Positions 1 to 13,000 of a stretch of DNA of 64,000 nucleotides are shown here, piece by piece; within the stretch, counting starts at the first letter, position 1, and every line of letters starts with the position of its first letter. Below the pieces are notes generated by a model, which had not been told where the DNA came from, did not search any database, and saw only the letters and a program-made list of their open reading frames with translations. The stretch lies in the NCBI GenBank assembly GCA_005776585.1, contig SXOX01000044.1, positions 22,418 to 86,417 of the forward strand, written 5' to 3'. The translations under genes and the position numbers were made by a program. The stretch comes from Pseudomonadota bacterium. GTDB lineage: Bacteria > Myxococcota_A > UBA9042 > GCA-2863065.

Positions 1-595
1 CGTACAGCGTGACGTTGGTGAGCTGAACGTTCCCAACAGCTTCAATGGCGCCGCCGTTCCAAGCCGAGGTGTTGGCTGAGAGCGTGGAGTCGCTCACGGT
101 GAGCGATGGGCCCGTGGCGCGCACGCCGCCACCCGGGAAGGCCGCATTCGTCGCCTTGCAGCCCTTGAGGTGGACCCGCGCGAGCTCGGTGGCGCGCGCC
201 GTGTGGAGGCAGCCACCACGGGAGGCCGTCGCGTTTTGCAGCGTCACGTCCGTGAGCTTGAGCGCCGTCCCGGCCGCGCTGGCGTCCAGGAGGTTGCCGT
301 AGTTGCCGCTGGCGGGGGCCTGCACGATCAGCGAGCCGTCAATTGCGAGCGCCTTGGCGCCGGGGCCCGTGATCGTGACGGTCGGCGTCGCGGCTGCGAG
401 CACGAGCGGGCTCTTGAGCACGAGCGTGCCGGAGAGGCCCGCCTGGAACGTGACCGTGATGTCCTCGGTGCCCTGCGGCGCGAGCGCCTGACGGAGCGAG
501 CCGAGCCCGGTGTCGTTCAGATTGGTGACGACGGCGCTCTTGGCGTGCGCGACGCCCGCGAGGCCGCAGAGGATGAGCGCGAGACGCCCGTTCAT
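1..595 (-). CDS. Partial secreted right-handed beta-helix repeat protein; N-terminus in window, 3' end runs off the left edge
   Basis: Not in the ORF track because it is truncated by the window edge. The reverse complement of 541-595 reads ATG AAC GGG CGT ... and translates to MNGRLALILCGLAGVAHA, a signal peptide. This is followed by VVTNLNDTGLGSLRQAL, a CSLREA-like N-terminal motif, and then repeated NxTLxN beta-helix-like segments. The ATG at 595-593 overlaps the upstream OmpA gene stop by 4 bp (ATGA). Confidence 0.55.
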   Translation of the reverse strand, partial: MNGRLALILCGLAGVAHAKSAVVTNLNDTGLGSLRQALAPQGTEDITVTFQAGLSGTLVLKSPLVLAAATPTVTITGPGAKALAIDGSLIVQAPASGNYGNLLDASAAGTALKLTDVTLQNATASRGGCLHTARATELARVHLKGCKATNAAFPGGGVRATGPSLTVSDSTLSANTSAWNGGAIEAVGNVQLTNVTLY

Positions 596-2337
596 GGGCT
601 TCCTCCCTCCGGCGCTTGCTTGCACCGGTTCTGCTTCGTGATCACGAAGGCGACGCGGCGGTTCTTGGACCGCCCGGCCTCGGAGTCGTTGTCGGTGACC
701 GGCTTGGAGAAGCCGAAGCCCTGGGCCTCGAGCCGCTGGGCCGCGATGCCCTTCTCGAGCAGGTAGCGGCGCACGGAGTCGGCCCGTCGCTGCGAGAGGC
801 GCAGGTTGTACCACTCGGAGGCGAGGTTGTCGGTGTGGCCTTCGATGCGGACCTGCTTGATGTAGGGTGCGGCGTCGAGGACCTTCGCGAGCTGGTCGAG
901 CAGCGGCAAGGACGCCACCTGGAGCGTGTCGGAGTCGAGCTTGAAGAAGACGTGCTCGAACACGACGCCCTGGCAGGTCACCTCGAAGTCGCCGCCCTCG
1001 TCGGGGCAGCCATCCTCGTCGTCGACGCCGTTCAGGACCTCGGGCGCATTCGGGCACTGGTCTGCGCGATCGAGGATGCCGTCCTGATCGTTGTCGGGGT
1101 CGGGGCAGCCGTCGTCGTCGGCGAAGCCGTCGCGATCCTCGGCGAGGCGCGGGCAGCGATCGGTGGCGTCCGGCACACCGTCCAGGTCATCGTCCAGGTC
1201 GGGACAGCCGTCGTCATCCTGGAAGCCATCGGCGTCCTCAGGTGTGTTGGGGCACTGGTCGGCCGCGCCCCGCACTCCGTCCCGATCCGGATCGTCGTCT
1301 GTCGCGACGACGGCGTCCTCCTCGGGACAGCCGTCCTCGTCCTCGACGCCGTCCGGATCCTCCGGTCGCGTGGGGCACTTGTCCTTCGCGTCGACGAGTC
1401 CGTCGCCGTCGCTGTCCTTGGTCTCTCGCGAGGGGCTGGCCCAGCCGACGCCCACCAGGAAGCGCACGTCCGGCGTACCGAAGCCCTGCAGCAGCCCCAT
1501 GCCCAGCGTGGCGTCCGCCAAGAAGCCGTTTTGCAGCGCGAGCTTGCCGCCGACGCGGGCCTCGAGCGGGAAGGCGTCCAGGCCGAAGCTCTTGCCCAAG
1601 ACCGAGATGCCGCCACCGAGCTCGGGGACGAGGTGAAAGGCGCCAAACGGGATGTCGGCGCCGAGGCCGTAGGTGAGCGTGTCGTCGACGGTGAGGTTGC
1701 CGAGCTCCGCGCGCTGCTTGAAGCGCCAGCCGACGTTGGCCATCAGCCGGGCACCGCCCGCAAACGTCCAGTCGAAGACGACGCGCGGCTCGGCCGAGAA
1801 GCCGCCGCCCAGAAACCGCTCCGGGTCACCCGACGGGATGAAGAAGGTGCTCTGGAGAGCGAGGCCGGCACGCGAGGACGCGCTCTGCGGCAGCAGCCGA
1901 ACCTTGAGCGAGGCCCGAATGTCGCCCATGCCAAAGCCTTGCCCAGCGCCCAGGCCGCTCAGGTCCGAGGTGGTGTCGCCCCCCTGCGTGAGCACCATGG
2001 GCACGTCGATGCCGAGCTCCACCCAATCGTAGAAGCCAATCGCGGCGAGCAGGTGCATGACGACCTGGTCCTTGACCAGGCTCCGCGCGCGCCCGCCCTC
2101 GGGGTCGAGCTCGACGAGCAGGTTCCGCGCATACCCGACAAGCGCGGTGGCCGAGACCTCCCACGGGCCGAGCAATCGGCTCGAGCTGACGCCGAGCGGA
2201 TCATCGCGCCGATTCGGGAGCGGGGCGAGCTGATTGGCGTCGAAGCCCTGCAGCACGGGCGTCTGCGCCGCGGCCGGCAGCGCCAACGTCAGCGTGAGCC
2301 ACAGGACCGGACCCAGGATGCGGCGTTGACCAGACAT
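592..2337 (-). CDS. OmpA-family outer membrane protein with thrombospondin type-3 (TSP3) calcium-binding repeats and a C-terminal OmpA/MotB peptidoglycan-binding domain
   Basis: Signal peptide MSGQRRILGPVLWLTLTLALPAAAQ. The central region has repeated DxDxDGxxDxxDxCP motifs (DSDGDGLVDAKDKCP, DEDGCPE...). The C-terminus reads ...QVRIEGHTDNLASEWYNLRLSQRRADSVRRYL..., which is OmpA-like. The ATG at 2337 is preceded by GGAGG 7 nt upstream; the track's TTG start at 2355 was rejected. Confidence 0.85.
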   Translation of the reverse strand: MSGQRRILGPVLWLTLTLALPAAAQTPVLQGFDANQLAPLPNRRDDPLGVSSSRLLGPWEVSATALVGYARNLLVELDPEGGRARSLVKDQVVMHLLAAIGFYDWVELGIDVPMVLTQGGDTTSDLSGLGAGQGFGMGDIRASLKVRLLPQSASSRAGLALQSTFFIPSGDPERFLGGGFSAEPRVVFDWTFAGGARLMANVGWRFKQRAELGNLTVDDTLTYGLGADIPFGAFHLVPELGGGISVLGKSFGLDAFPLEARVGGKLALQNGFLADATLGMGLLQGFGTPDVRFLVGVGWASPSRETKDSDGDGLVDAKDKCPTRPEDPDGVEDEDGCPEEDAVVATDDDPDRDGVRGAADQCPNTPEDADGFQDDDGCPDLDDDLDGVPDATDRCPRLAEDRDGFADDDGCPDPDNDQDGILDRADQCPNAPEVLNGVDDEDGCPDEGGDFEVTCQGVVFEHVFFKLDSDTLQVASLPLLDQLAKVLDAAPYIKQVRIEGHTDNLASEWYNLRLSQRRADSVRRYLLEKGIAAQRLEAQGFGFSKPVTDNDSEAGRSKNRRVAFVITKQNRCKQAPEGGSP

Positions 2338-2433
2338 GCGATTCCTCCCTCGCAATCACTCTGGATAGCGCGGGCGGATCGTCGGGTCGAAGATATTGTG
2401 GTAAACTAAATATAAGACGGGCGGTGAGGCGTG

Positions 2434-3858
2434 TTAGGGGCGCCACTCGACTGTGAGTCCGACCGTCGGGCCGGCGTAGGTCGAGCGCTTCTTGCAGGTG
2501 CTGACGAAGGCGGTGCCGGTCGCCGTATCGGTCTTGGCGCACTCGACGTCGTCGCGGCCGCTGAGCGCGCCACCGCCGACCAGCGGCGTGAAGTACCAGG
2601 AGCCGTGGCGCCCATTGCCAAAGGCGCGAATGCGGAGGCCGAGGTCGCCAAAGCCGTGATCCGGGGCGCCCTCGCCTTGGAGCACGAGCTGCAGCCGCGA
2701 CGTAAGCGGGATGAAGAAGCTCGCGGAGGTGCCGCCGTAGCCGAACTTGCTCTCCCGATAGACGAAGGAGTTCTTCACGAGCACGTTCAGGCCGTCACGC
2801 GGCCCAAGCCGCGCCGTCTGAGCGAACGCGAAGCCGCTCACGTCCGTGTCGGCCGACTGCACGTAGCCGAGGCCGAGGCCGACCTCGAAGAACTCGCCGT
2901 CGAAGCTCAGCCCGCCGATGAAGCCGCCGTGGATCGCGGAGACGCCGTCCTCGGCGCCAAAACCGAACGCCAGCGGAATGGCCTCGAAGCTGAGCGCGAT
3001 CGGCAGCTGGAAGCGGTAGCCGACCGAGAGAGCGGCGACCACGCCGAAGCCGCCCGTGCCGATCGGGATGAGAGGGCGCAGACCGAGGCCGACCTCGAAG
3101 TGGCCGCCGGTGCGCGGCGGGCGGAGCAGGCTGGCCGTGGGTGACTCCCGCGTTTTGGCCGCGAGCGTGCCGACCGGGACCTCCTCGTTGGAGCCGAGGG
3201 CGACCTCGGCGCGATCGTCGGCGACGACGGTCACGATGCCCACGGCCAGCGTCTCGACGCGCATGACTCCGCCTCCGGGCCCCATGAGGGCCGGGACGCG
3301 CGCGAACAGCGCCATGGTGTCGCTCACGTCGACGCCGTGGTTCTTGCCGAGCGAGACGATCGCCTTGCCGGGCGCGATCTCGACGACCTTGCCCTCCTTG
3401 ACCTCGGGCTTCGCGTCGTTCGCGCGCGTCATGGGCGCCATGACAACGGGCGCCCCACCGGAGTCGCTGCGCACCTGGCCGAGGGGGCGCGCCTCGGGGC
3501 GGGCGAGACGAACCCACACCTCGCCATCGACCAAGAAGAAGCCCAGCACGTCACCCTCGGCGCGAGAGCGGGTCACCACGGTTGGCGTGGGCGCAAGCGA
3601 CACGACGACGTAACCGTCGCGCCCGCACGCCACGTAGGCGGCGTTCCCTGACTCCAGCACGGAGACAGCGCCGCAGCCGAGCTCGAGCCGGAGGGGCTCG
3701 GCGCCGTCGGTGGCAATCACGAGCGCGCTGCCCTCGGTTCTGAGCGTGCGCGCGGCGTGCGCGACGTCGGCGAAACCGACGACACAGGCAACAGTGGCGG
3801 CCAATCCGACGACCCAGACAACGGAGGCAGCGCGGGTGTCGGGAGCGAGGATGGACAT
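2434..3858 (-). CDS. Hypothetical secreted / outer-membrane-like protein
   Basis: A 474-aa ORF with diverse amino-acid composition. AAGGAGG lies 7 nt upstream of the ATG at 3858. The N-terminal hydrophobic segment VVWVVGLAATVACVVGFADVAHA looks like a signal peptide, and the C-terminal half has alternating beta-strand-like composition. No recognisable catalytic motif. Confidence 0.6.
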   Translation of the reverse strand: MSILAPDTRAASVVWVVGLAATVACVVGFADVAHAARTLRTEGSALVIATDGAEPLRLELGCGAVSVLESGNAAYVACGRDGYVVVSLAPTPTVVTRSRAEGDVLGFFLVDGEVWVRLARPEARPLGQVRSDSGGAPVVMAPMTRANDAKPEVKEGKVVEIAPGKAIVSLGKNHGVDVSDTMALFARVPALMGPGGGVMRVETLAVGIVTVVADDRAEVALGSNEEVPVGTLAAKTRESPTASLLRPPRTGGHFEVGLGLRPLIPIGTGGFGVVAALSVGYRFQLPIALSFEAIPLAFGFGAEDGVSAIHGGFIGGLSFDGEFFEVGLGLGYVQSADTDVSGFAFAQTARLGPRDGLNVLVKNSFVYRESKFGYGGTSASFFIPLTSRLQLVLQGEGAPDHGFGDLGLRIRAFGNGRHGSWYFTPLVGGGALSGRDDVECAKTDTATGTAFVSTCKKRSTYAGPTVGLTVEWRP

Positions 3859-4047
3859 GACATGCCTCCTTGGGCGGTTCGACCGGACGGCGGCGTGAAT
3901 AGCACGCGGAGGCCGACGAGGCGAACTTCAGGTCGGACGGCGGTCAGCCACGCCTGCGCGTCCCCGCCAATGGGTAGCGGCGATGGCATCGAAGGCGGCT
4001 TCCAATTGCCCCGGCTGGCCTGCTACCGTGGGGCTGGAGGTCACACC

Positions 4048-7000
4048 ATGTCAGGTCACCCATCGCGCGTCGCGCTCTTCTGTACAACGCTTGCGCTTGC
4101 GGCGCTCAGCGCGTGTTCGAAGGACGACGGTCTCGGGACCGTCGGCGGAAATCAACCGACGCAGGACAGCGCCGGGGGCCAGGACACGGTTACGGCGGTC
4201 GACCCAGGGCCGCCGGCGCCGGAGACGCACGCGACGGGCCTGGCTCCGGTGCTCTATCGGTTGCTGCCCAGCCAAGGGCCGACCGAGGGCGGCTCGGTCA
4301 TCGTCGTGGAGGGCGCGGGCTTCTACCCAACGGCGCGCGTGCGCTTCGGCACCGCGGAAGCCACGGTCGTCACGGTCTACGACCCGGGCCACATCGTGGT
4401 GAAGACCCCGGCGTCGGTGGCCGGCGTCATGGACGTCACGGTCGAGAACCCCGACGGAGGCAAGACGACCTTCGCCGGCGGCTTCACCTACTGGCTCAAG
4501 CAGCCCAACGCCGCGACGGAGGGCCCGCGGCTGGTCCAAGTCACGCCCAACTCGGGGCCCGCGGTCGGTGGGACGGCCGCCGCGCTCATCGGCACGACCT
4601 TCACGGAGGGCGCGGTCGTGCTGTTCAACTGGCGCCTCGTGCCCCAAGCCAGGGTCATCTCGGCGACGCAAGCCGCGTTCGTCACGTTGCCCGCACCGGC
4701 CGGAAGTGTGGACGTCGTGTTGACCAACCCGGATGGCCAGTCGTCCATCCTCACGAACGCCTTCGCTGCAACAGGCGGTCAAGAGCTCGAGCCCCCGCCG
4801 CACATCGGGGCGGTGTCGCCGGCCAGTGGCCCCGTCGGGGGGGGCACCGCAGTCACCATCACGGGAGACGGTCTGCGGCCCGGCTCGATCGCCTTGCTCG
4901 ATGGCGCGCTCGTCACCGATTGGAAGGTCATCTCTGGCACTGAGGCGCGCTTCACGACCCCGAAGCACGCGCCCGGTGTCGCGCCGCTCTGGGTCTCCAA
5001 CGCCGACGGCCAGTCGGCCTTTGCCAACAAGGCCTTCCTCTTCTTCGACGCCCCGCCCACTGTCTACCATGTCACGCCCGATTTGGGGCCGAGCGCTGGC
5101 GGCACGGTCGTCACCATTTCGGGAGCCCGATTCGCGCAAGGCGCGACGGTCAGCCTGGGCGGAAAGCCCTGCGCGGCGCTCACGGTCGTCGACGCGGCGC
5201 AGCTCACCTGCACGACGCCCGCGGGCACGACGAACACCTCGGTCGACCTGCTGTTGACCAACCCCGACGGCCTCGTAGCGCAGCTCCCCGCGGCCTTCCG
5301 GTACGAGGACCCCATCGCGCCGCCCCCGCTGACGCTCACGGGTGCCATCCCGATGCAGGGCCCCGCCGAGGGCGGCATCCTCGTCTACCTGCAAGGCACC
5401 GGCTTCACCGACGCCCTGGAGGTCCGCTTCGGCGACACCGTGGCGACGCCGGTGTGGGTGCCAGGCGCGGTCGGCCTCGTCGCGACGCTGCCACCGGGCG
5501 CGCCCGGCCAGGTGAAGGTCGGCGTGCGCGCCAAGCAGACGCTCGGCCCATGGGTGGAGCTTCCTTCGCCGTTTACCTACGTCGCCAAGCCCACGGTCCA
5601 GAAGCTGCTCGACCTCGAGAGCGTCCAGCCACCCTCGGGACCGACCGCGGGCGGCGGCCTCGTGCTGCTGCGCGGCGCGGCGTTTCCGCCGGACCTGGCC
5701 GTGTGGTTCGGGCCGACCAAGGCCGCGACGGTGCACGTCCTGTCCACGACTCTGGCGACGGTGCGGGTCCCCGCGGGCAAGGCGGGCGTCGTCGACGTCA
5801 CGGTCGCGGACACGACAGGCGCGAGCGCCGCGCTCAAGAGCGGCTACCTCTACGCAACGCCGGACCCAGCGCAAGCGCCCAAGCTCACCAAGCTCGTCCC
5901 GCCGAGCGGTCCCGCGGCAGGCGGCACGCTCGCGCTCCTTCAAGGCTCCGGCCTCGTCCAGGGCGGGCTCGCGTTCCTCGACGCGACGCCGCTCGAGCAC
6001 GTCACGCTGGTCGGCCCTTCCGCGGCCTCGCTGCGGTCGACGCCTCACGCGGCCGGCACCGTGGACGTGACGTGGGTCAACCCCGACGGCCAGTGGGCGG
6101 CGCTCAGCGGCGCCTTCACCTACGTCAGCGGCGCGCTCGGCACGGTCACCGTGAGCGGCATCACGCCGTTGCAGGGCTCCACGCTGGGCGGGACCGCCAT
6201 CTCCGTCACGGGCTCGGGCTTCACGCCGGGCAGCCTCCTGTTCCTCGGCGGCATCCCGCACGACGTGACGGGCAACGGCTCCACGGCGCTGACCTCGGCG
6301 ACGCAGCCCCACGCCGCGGGCGCCGTCGACGTCGCGGTCACCTCGCCGAGCGGCGTCACGGCCGTGTTGGCGAGCGGCTACACCTACGCGCTCGAGCCGC
6401 CCATCGTCCACGAGACCCTGCCATCCCATGGCGCCGCCGCGGGAGGAAACACGGTCACCGTCCTTGGGAGCGGGTTCGCCAACGGCGCCGGCGTCGCCTT
6501 TGGCGCCCTGCCCTGCCTGGGCGTCGTGGTCACCTCCCCGGCCGAGCTCAGCTGCCAGGCTCCCGCGGGGACGCCGGGCGCAAGCGTCGCCGTGACGGTG
6601 TCCAATCCGAGCGGCCTCGTGGGCACGCTCCCGAGCGCCTACACTTACGACGTGCCGGCGGGCGCTCCCGTCGTACTGACGGTGAGCCCCACGTCGGGAC
6701 CGACGACCGGAGAGCTGCTTGTCCTCATCACCGGCCAGAGCTTCCAGCCGGGAGCCAGCGTGACGTTTGGCGCGGTGGCCTCCCCCGACGTCCACGTCCC
6801 GAGCAGCGACGCCATCGTGGCCGCTCTCCCGCCGGCGCCCGAGGGCACGGTCTCGGTCACGGTCAAGAACCCCGATGGCAAGGCGAGCACGCTGCCCAGC
6901 GCCTTTACGTACGTCGTGGCGAGCACCGGAGGCGGCCCTGCGCAGTCCGCGTCGCTAGCGGTCGTGACACCGCCGGCCGGTCCGGTCGCCGGCGGCGGCC

Positions 7001-10000
7001 ACGTCATCCTGCGGGGCTATGGCTTCGTCGAGGGGATGCAGGCGAGCTTCGGCAAGACCGTCTCTCCCAAGGTCGTGCTCGTGGATCCGGGCACGGCGAT
7101 CGCGACCGTGCCCGCCGCCGCGGGGCCAGGAGCGGTCGACGTGAGCCTCGTGCTGCCGTCGGGCGCGACCGCGAAGCTCGCGAGCGCCTATGCCTATGTG
7201 GCAGGCGTGGGCTCGGCGCCCGCGCTCACGGCCATCAAGCCGCCCATCGGCCCGACCATTGGCGGCACGCTGGCCCTGGTCACCGGGCAGAACCTCGACA
7301 GCGGCGCACTCGTTTTCATCGACGGCGTCCCGGCCACCGCCGTCCGTCGCAGCAGCAGCGCGCTCGGCACGTTCAAGACGCCGGCCAATGACGCAGGCCC
7401 CGCCGACGTCGAGTGGGTCAACCCGGACGGCTTCTGGGCGAAGCTCGAGGGCGCGTTCATCTACACGACCGGCGGCAAGGCGAGCACGACCGTCACCGCC
7501 GTGGTCCCGGTCCAAGGCTCGGTCGCCGGGGGCACCGTGCTCTCGGTCTCGGGGACGGGCTTCGCGCCGGGGAGTCTCCTGTTCCTCGACGGCGAGCCCA
7601 TCGACGCCAAGGTGCTCTCGTCCAAGACGCTCACGGCCACGACGCCGCCGCACGCCGCGGGGCTCGTCGACCTGTCGGTGACCCCACCAGACGGCTGGAC
7701 CGCGACGCTGCCGGGCGCGTTCAACTTCGTCGTCGAGCAGCCGTTCCTCGCAGCGGTGACGCCGTCGCTGGGCCTCGTCGCGGGCGGCACGACTGTCACG
7801 CTCGTCGGCCAGGGCTTCCACCCGAGCGCTCAGGTCACGTGGGCCGGCGGCACGGTCGCGGCGACCTGGCTCGACGGAGGTCACCTGACGCTGTCCGTCC
7901 CCGCGCACGACGTCGGCACGGTGGCCGTCACGGTCACGAACCCCGACGGGCTGTCGGACACGCTCGAGGGCGCTTACACGTATGTGCTGTCGCTGCCCGG
8001 AAGCGAAATCGGCCTGACCGGCGTGGCTCCCGCCTTCGTCCCGACCTCGGGCGGGACCTGGGTCGCCGTGACCGGGAAGAGTTTCGGCGTCGACACGGTC
8101 GCCCTGTTCGGGAACGCGGTCGCGACCAGCGCGACGCTCGTCGACGCGGGCACCCTGCTCGTCGCCGCGCCCGCGCAGGCGAGCCCCGGACCGGTGGACC
8201 TGAGCGTCGTGGCCACCTCGGGCGCGACGGCCAAGCTCCCGAAGGCCGTCGTCTACTACGACGCCGCGAGCCTCGGGCCCTGGCCGGTCGTGAGCAGCAT
8301 GTTCCCCGTGCTCGGACCCACCGAGGGCGGCACCGTCGCGGCCATCGCCGTCGCCCCGGCGCGCGCGGACGCGGCCGTCTGGGTCGGCGACACGCAGGCC
8401 ACGGTGCTCGGCACCGATGGCACCGACACGCTCGTCGTGAAGATGCCGCCCGCGTCTGCCGTCGGGACGCGCTCGGTGACCGTCGTCTTCCCTGAAGGCA
8501 AGGCCGGCGCGGTCTCCGGCGGATTCACGTATTACGTCAAGAAGCCCACTCAGGTCGCGCCCACGCTCGCGTCCATCGCCCCGACTGGTGGCAAGACCTC
8601 CGGCGGTCAGGCCGTCGCCCTCAAGGGACAGGCCTTTGCCAACGCGGCGCGCGGCTTCATCGGCTATCGGCCGCTCGTCGAGCCCAAGTGGACGAGCGCG
8701 CTTCAGCTCGACGGCAAGGCGCCCACGGGCACCGTCGGCCTCGCCGACGTCGCGGTCACCAACCCCGATGGCCTCACCGCCGTCCTGCCCGCGGGCTTCG
8801 CCTTCTCGGCGCCCAAGCCCAACGTCAACCTCGTCTTCCCCTCGGTCGGCTCCGTCAAGGGCGGGCTCTCCGTCGTCGTCAGCGGCGAGGACCTCCACGC
8901 GCAGGCCACGCTCACCTTCGGTGGCAAGGCGGGGACGAACGTCGTCGTGTTCTCGCCGCAGCTCATGACGGCCACGCTGCCCGCGACAGCGACCGCCGGC
9001 CCGGTCGACGTGACCGTCACCAACCCGGGCCCGCTCGCCGGCACGTTGGCCGGGGGATTCACCTACACCGACAAGACCTTCACCGCGCCCGCACCCGACG
9101 TCATGGCGTTGGTCCCGGCCCAAGGCCCATACGCCGGCGGCACCGTGCTCGCCCTCTACGGCGCGAGCTTCCAGCCGGGCGCGCAGGTGCTCTTTGGCGG
9201 CAAGCCTGCGACGGTGCACCGGGTGGAGGGCGGCTTTGCCGTCGTCACTTCGCCGTCTGGTTTCATCGGCGCGGTCGACGTCACCCTGCTCAATCCAGAC
9301 GGCCAGGCCGACACGCTGCCGGCGGGCTTCAGCTACCTCACCCCCGCCGCCAAGACGCCGAAGCTCTTCGGCATCACGCCCTCGGCAGGCCCCGAGGCGG
9401 GTGGCACGCCCTCCATCCTCACGGGCGATGCGTTCACGGGCGGAGGCCTGGGCTTCGTGGGCTATCGGCCGCTGTCGTCGTGGACGGTGCTGAACGGCGC
9501 CATCGCCACGGGCACCATCGACACGCTCGAGCCCGGCGCGCACGACGTCGTCGAGACCAACGGCGACGGGCAGTCGGCTACACTCAAGGGCGGCTTCAGC
9601 TCCGTCGGTGCGCCCGTCATCGACGGCATCGAGCCGGCCTACGGTCCGACGAGCGGCGGCACGCTGGTGACCCTCGCCGGGAAGAACTTCGCCACGGGGC
9701 TCAAGCTCACCTTCGGCGGCGTGCCCGCGCAGGCGGTGCAGGTCCTGTCGCCGTTCGTGGTCAAGTGCCAGACGCCGCCGGGGACCGCGGGTCCGGCCCA
9801 GGTCAAGATCGTCAACCCGGACGCGCAGCTCACGGTCGCGGCCAGCCCGTTCGTCTATCTCGCCCCGCCCGAGATTACCGGCACTTTCCCGAAGCGCGGA
9901 CCGGCGACCGGCGGCACGCCCGTCATCATCAGCGGCAACGGCCTGCTCACCACGAGCCAGGTGCTCTTTGGCAGCAAGCCGGCGACCAAGCTGAGCTGGC

Positions 10001-13000
10001 TCAGCCAGGGTGGGACGCAGACCGGCTCGAGCGCCGGCGACACGGTCAAAGCGCTCGTCGCGACCGCACCGCCGGGCACCATCGGCGCCAAGGTGGACCT
10101 GACGGTCACCAACCCCGACGGGCAGTCGGCCATCGCCTACGCGGCCTTCGAGTACGTCGATCCGGCCACGCTGGGTCCGGCTCCGACCCTCGGCGCCCTG
10201 CTTCCGCCGACGGGTCCCACGACCGGCGGGACCTGGGGCCTCGCCTCGGGCACGAACCTCGCGCCCGGGAGCCAGCTCGTGCTCGGTACGGCGCTCGCGG
10301 AGACTCACGTGCTCGCGGCCACCCAGCTGCGCTTCGTCTCCGGCGCGACGAGCGCTGCGGGCCCGGTCGATGTCTGGATCGTCCAGCCCGATGGGCAGTC
10401 GGCGCTCCTCCCCGATGGCTTCACCTACACGCTGCTATCGACCTTGGGGCCAGCCCCGGCAATCGCCGAGGTCGACCCCGAGCGGGGACCGACCAAGGGC
10501 GGGACCCACGTCACCGTCTCCGGCAACGGGCTCACGGCGCAAGCGCTCGTGTTCTTCGGTACGACGCCGGCACCGGCGGTCGCGCTACAGGGCGCAGCAC
10601 TCGACGCGACGACGCCGCCGCATGGCCCGGGCACGGTGACGGTCACCGTCACCGCGAACGACGGCCAGACGGTGCATGCGCCGGACGCCTACACCTTTGT
10701 GCCGCCGCCGGTGCTCACCGGGATCGCCCCCGTGGCGGGACCCGCCGCGGGTGGGACGTACGTGACGCTGACGGGCCAGGACTTCGCCAAGACGCCGGTC
10801 ATTTACTTCTGCGATGACTGGTCCCAGAACGACGCCTGCGCGCCGTGTGACGCCGTCGTCTTTACAAGCAAGACCACCGTTTCGTGCACGACCCCCGCGC
10901 ACACGGCGGGTGACACCCAGGTCGTGCTCAAGAACCCCGACGGCCAGGTGTCCATCCTGGAGAGCGGCTTCCTGTTCCGCCCACCGCCGACCATCACCGC
11001 GCTCGTGCCACCGACGGGATCGACGCTCGGCGCGACCAAGGTGACCGTCTACGGCAAGGACTTCCAGCCCGGCGCCACCGTGACCATCGGCGGGACCGCG
11101 GCGTTGGACGTCACGGTCCTCGACTCCGAGACGCTCACGTTGACCACGCCACCGGGCACGGCCGGTCCCGCGGTCGTCGTGCTCAAGAACCCCGATGGCG
11201 GACTCAAGACGCTTGCGGGCGGCTTCGTGTACGTGCCACCGCCGATTGTGACCAACGTCTTCCCCAACCTCGGACCGGAGCCCGGCGGGACGGTCATCAC
11301 GATTCAGGGCACCGGCTTCGTGCCGGGCGCGGCCAGCGCGGTCTCCAAGGTCCAGATCGGCCAGAACCTCGTCGACGCCGCCAAGGTCAATGTCATCTCG
11401 AGCCTGCTCATCCAGGCCGAGACGCCGCCGGGCGTCGGACCCGCGGCGGTCAAGGTCATCAACCCCGACGGCCAGACCGGCGTGCTCGCGGGCGCCTTCA
11501 CGTATGTACCGCTCGTGCCCGCGCCTGAGGTCAAGACCGTGACCCCGCCGTATGGGCCGACCAGCGGCGGCTACATCGTGAAGCTCACAGGCAACCACTT
11601 CCTCGACGGCGCCGAGGTGGCCTTCGGCAAGGGCGACACCTGGTCGGTGTCCTATGACGTGTCGGTGAAGAACAACGGCACGTTGATTGTGTGCACCGCG
11701 CCGGCGCACCCCGCAGGGAAGGTCGACGTGCGCGTGACCAACACCGACGGTCAGTCGCACGCGCTCACGCTCGCGTTCGAGTACACCGAACCGCAGGGGC
11801 TTCCAGGACTTGCGTTCGCCGGGATCGAGCCCAAGCGCGGTCCGACGAAGGGCGGCTACTTCACGACGGTCTTCGGCCAAGGCTTCAAGCAGGGCATGAA
11901 GGTCTATGTCGGCAGCTCCAAGACCTCCACGTGGACCGAGGCGCTGGACGTCATTCGGCTCGGTCCGACGCTCCTGCGCGTCAAGATGCCGCAGATGCCC
12001 AAGGGTCCCGTCGACGTCCGTCTGTCCAATCCGGCGCTCGGCGGCGTGGCCGACGAGGTCATCGGCGCCGTCGCGTTCACGTACGGCCAAGGCGTCGTGA
12101 TGACGCCGAAGGGTCACCTGTTGCCCATCGACGTCACACAGAACGATCGACAGCCGGTGATCTTCGACGCCAACGGCGACGCGCTGCCGGACGTGATGAT
12201 CATGCACCACAACCAGAAGCCGGACCTGTTCATCAACACGCGGGACGCCCAGGGCAACGCGGGCGTGTTCGTCGATCAGACCGCGACCAACATTCAGTCG
12301 GACATCCCCACCAACTGCTGGGAGATGAACTTCGCGCGGCCCATCGACATCGACAAGGATGGCGACCTCGACGTGCTCTACTGGTCGGGCTATTGCTATT
12401 ACGATCTCAAGGTCTGGCGGAACAATGGCAACGGCATCTTCAAGGTCGAGAGTGTCTCGACCAGCTACTATGGTGTCCAAGACGTGACGGTCGCCGACTT
12501 CAACTGTGACGGCCTCGTCGATGTGTTCCTCTCGCGCTGGTCCGACCAGCTCAAGGTGCTGCTCATCAATGACGGAACCGGGTACTTCCGCGAGCCGTCC
12601 TACAGCATGCCGTTCAACTACGACAGCATCCTTCCGGCGCACAAAGAGCCCACGCGCGCGGCCGCGGCAGCCGACGTCGACCACGACGGCGACATGGACC
12701 TCGTCATTGCCAACGATCAGGCCACGCAGGACCGGCTCTACTACAACAACTGCAACAACATCACGCTCCCCCCCCAGTGTGTCTACAACGTGCCGAACTG
12801 CACGATGACCGACCGCGACGGGCACCGCTACGCGTTCTGCAGCGAGGGGAAGAGTTGGTACGACGCCGACACGCACTGCAAGCGCTACGGGATGCGTCTG
12901 GCGACGGTGAACGACGCCGACGAGGGCGCGTTCCTCAAAGCGTCGATGGGCGATCACTCGTGGCTCGGCGGGTCGGACGCGGCCAAGGAGGGCACCTGGG

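Noticed and set aside
616-2409. 597-aa plus-strand ORF overlapping the OmpA/TSP3 gene
   Set aside because: Antisense to a gene with strong domain evidence. Low-complexity Arg/Ala/Val/Gly translation.
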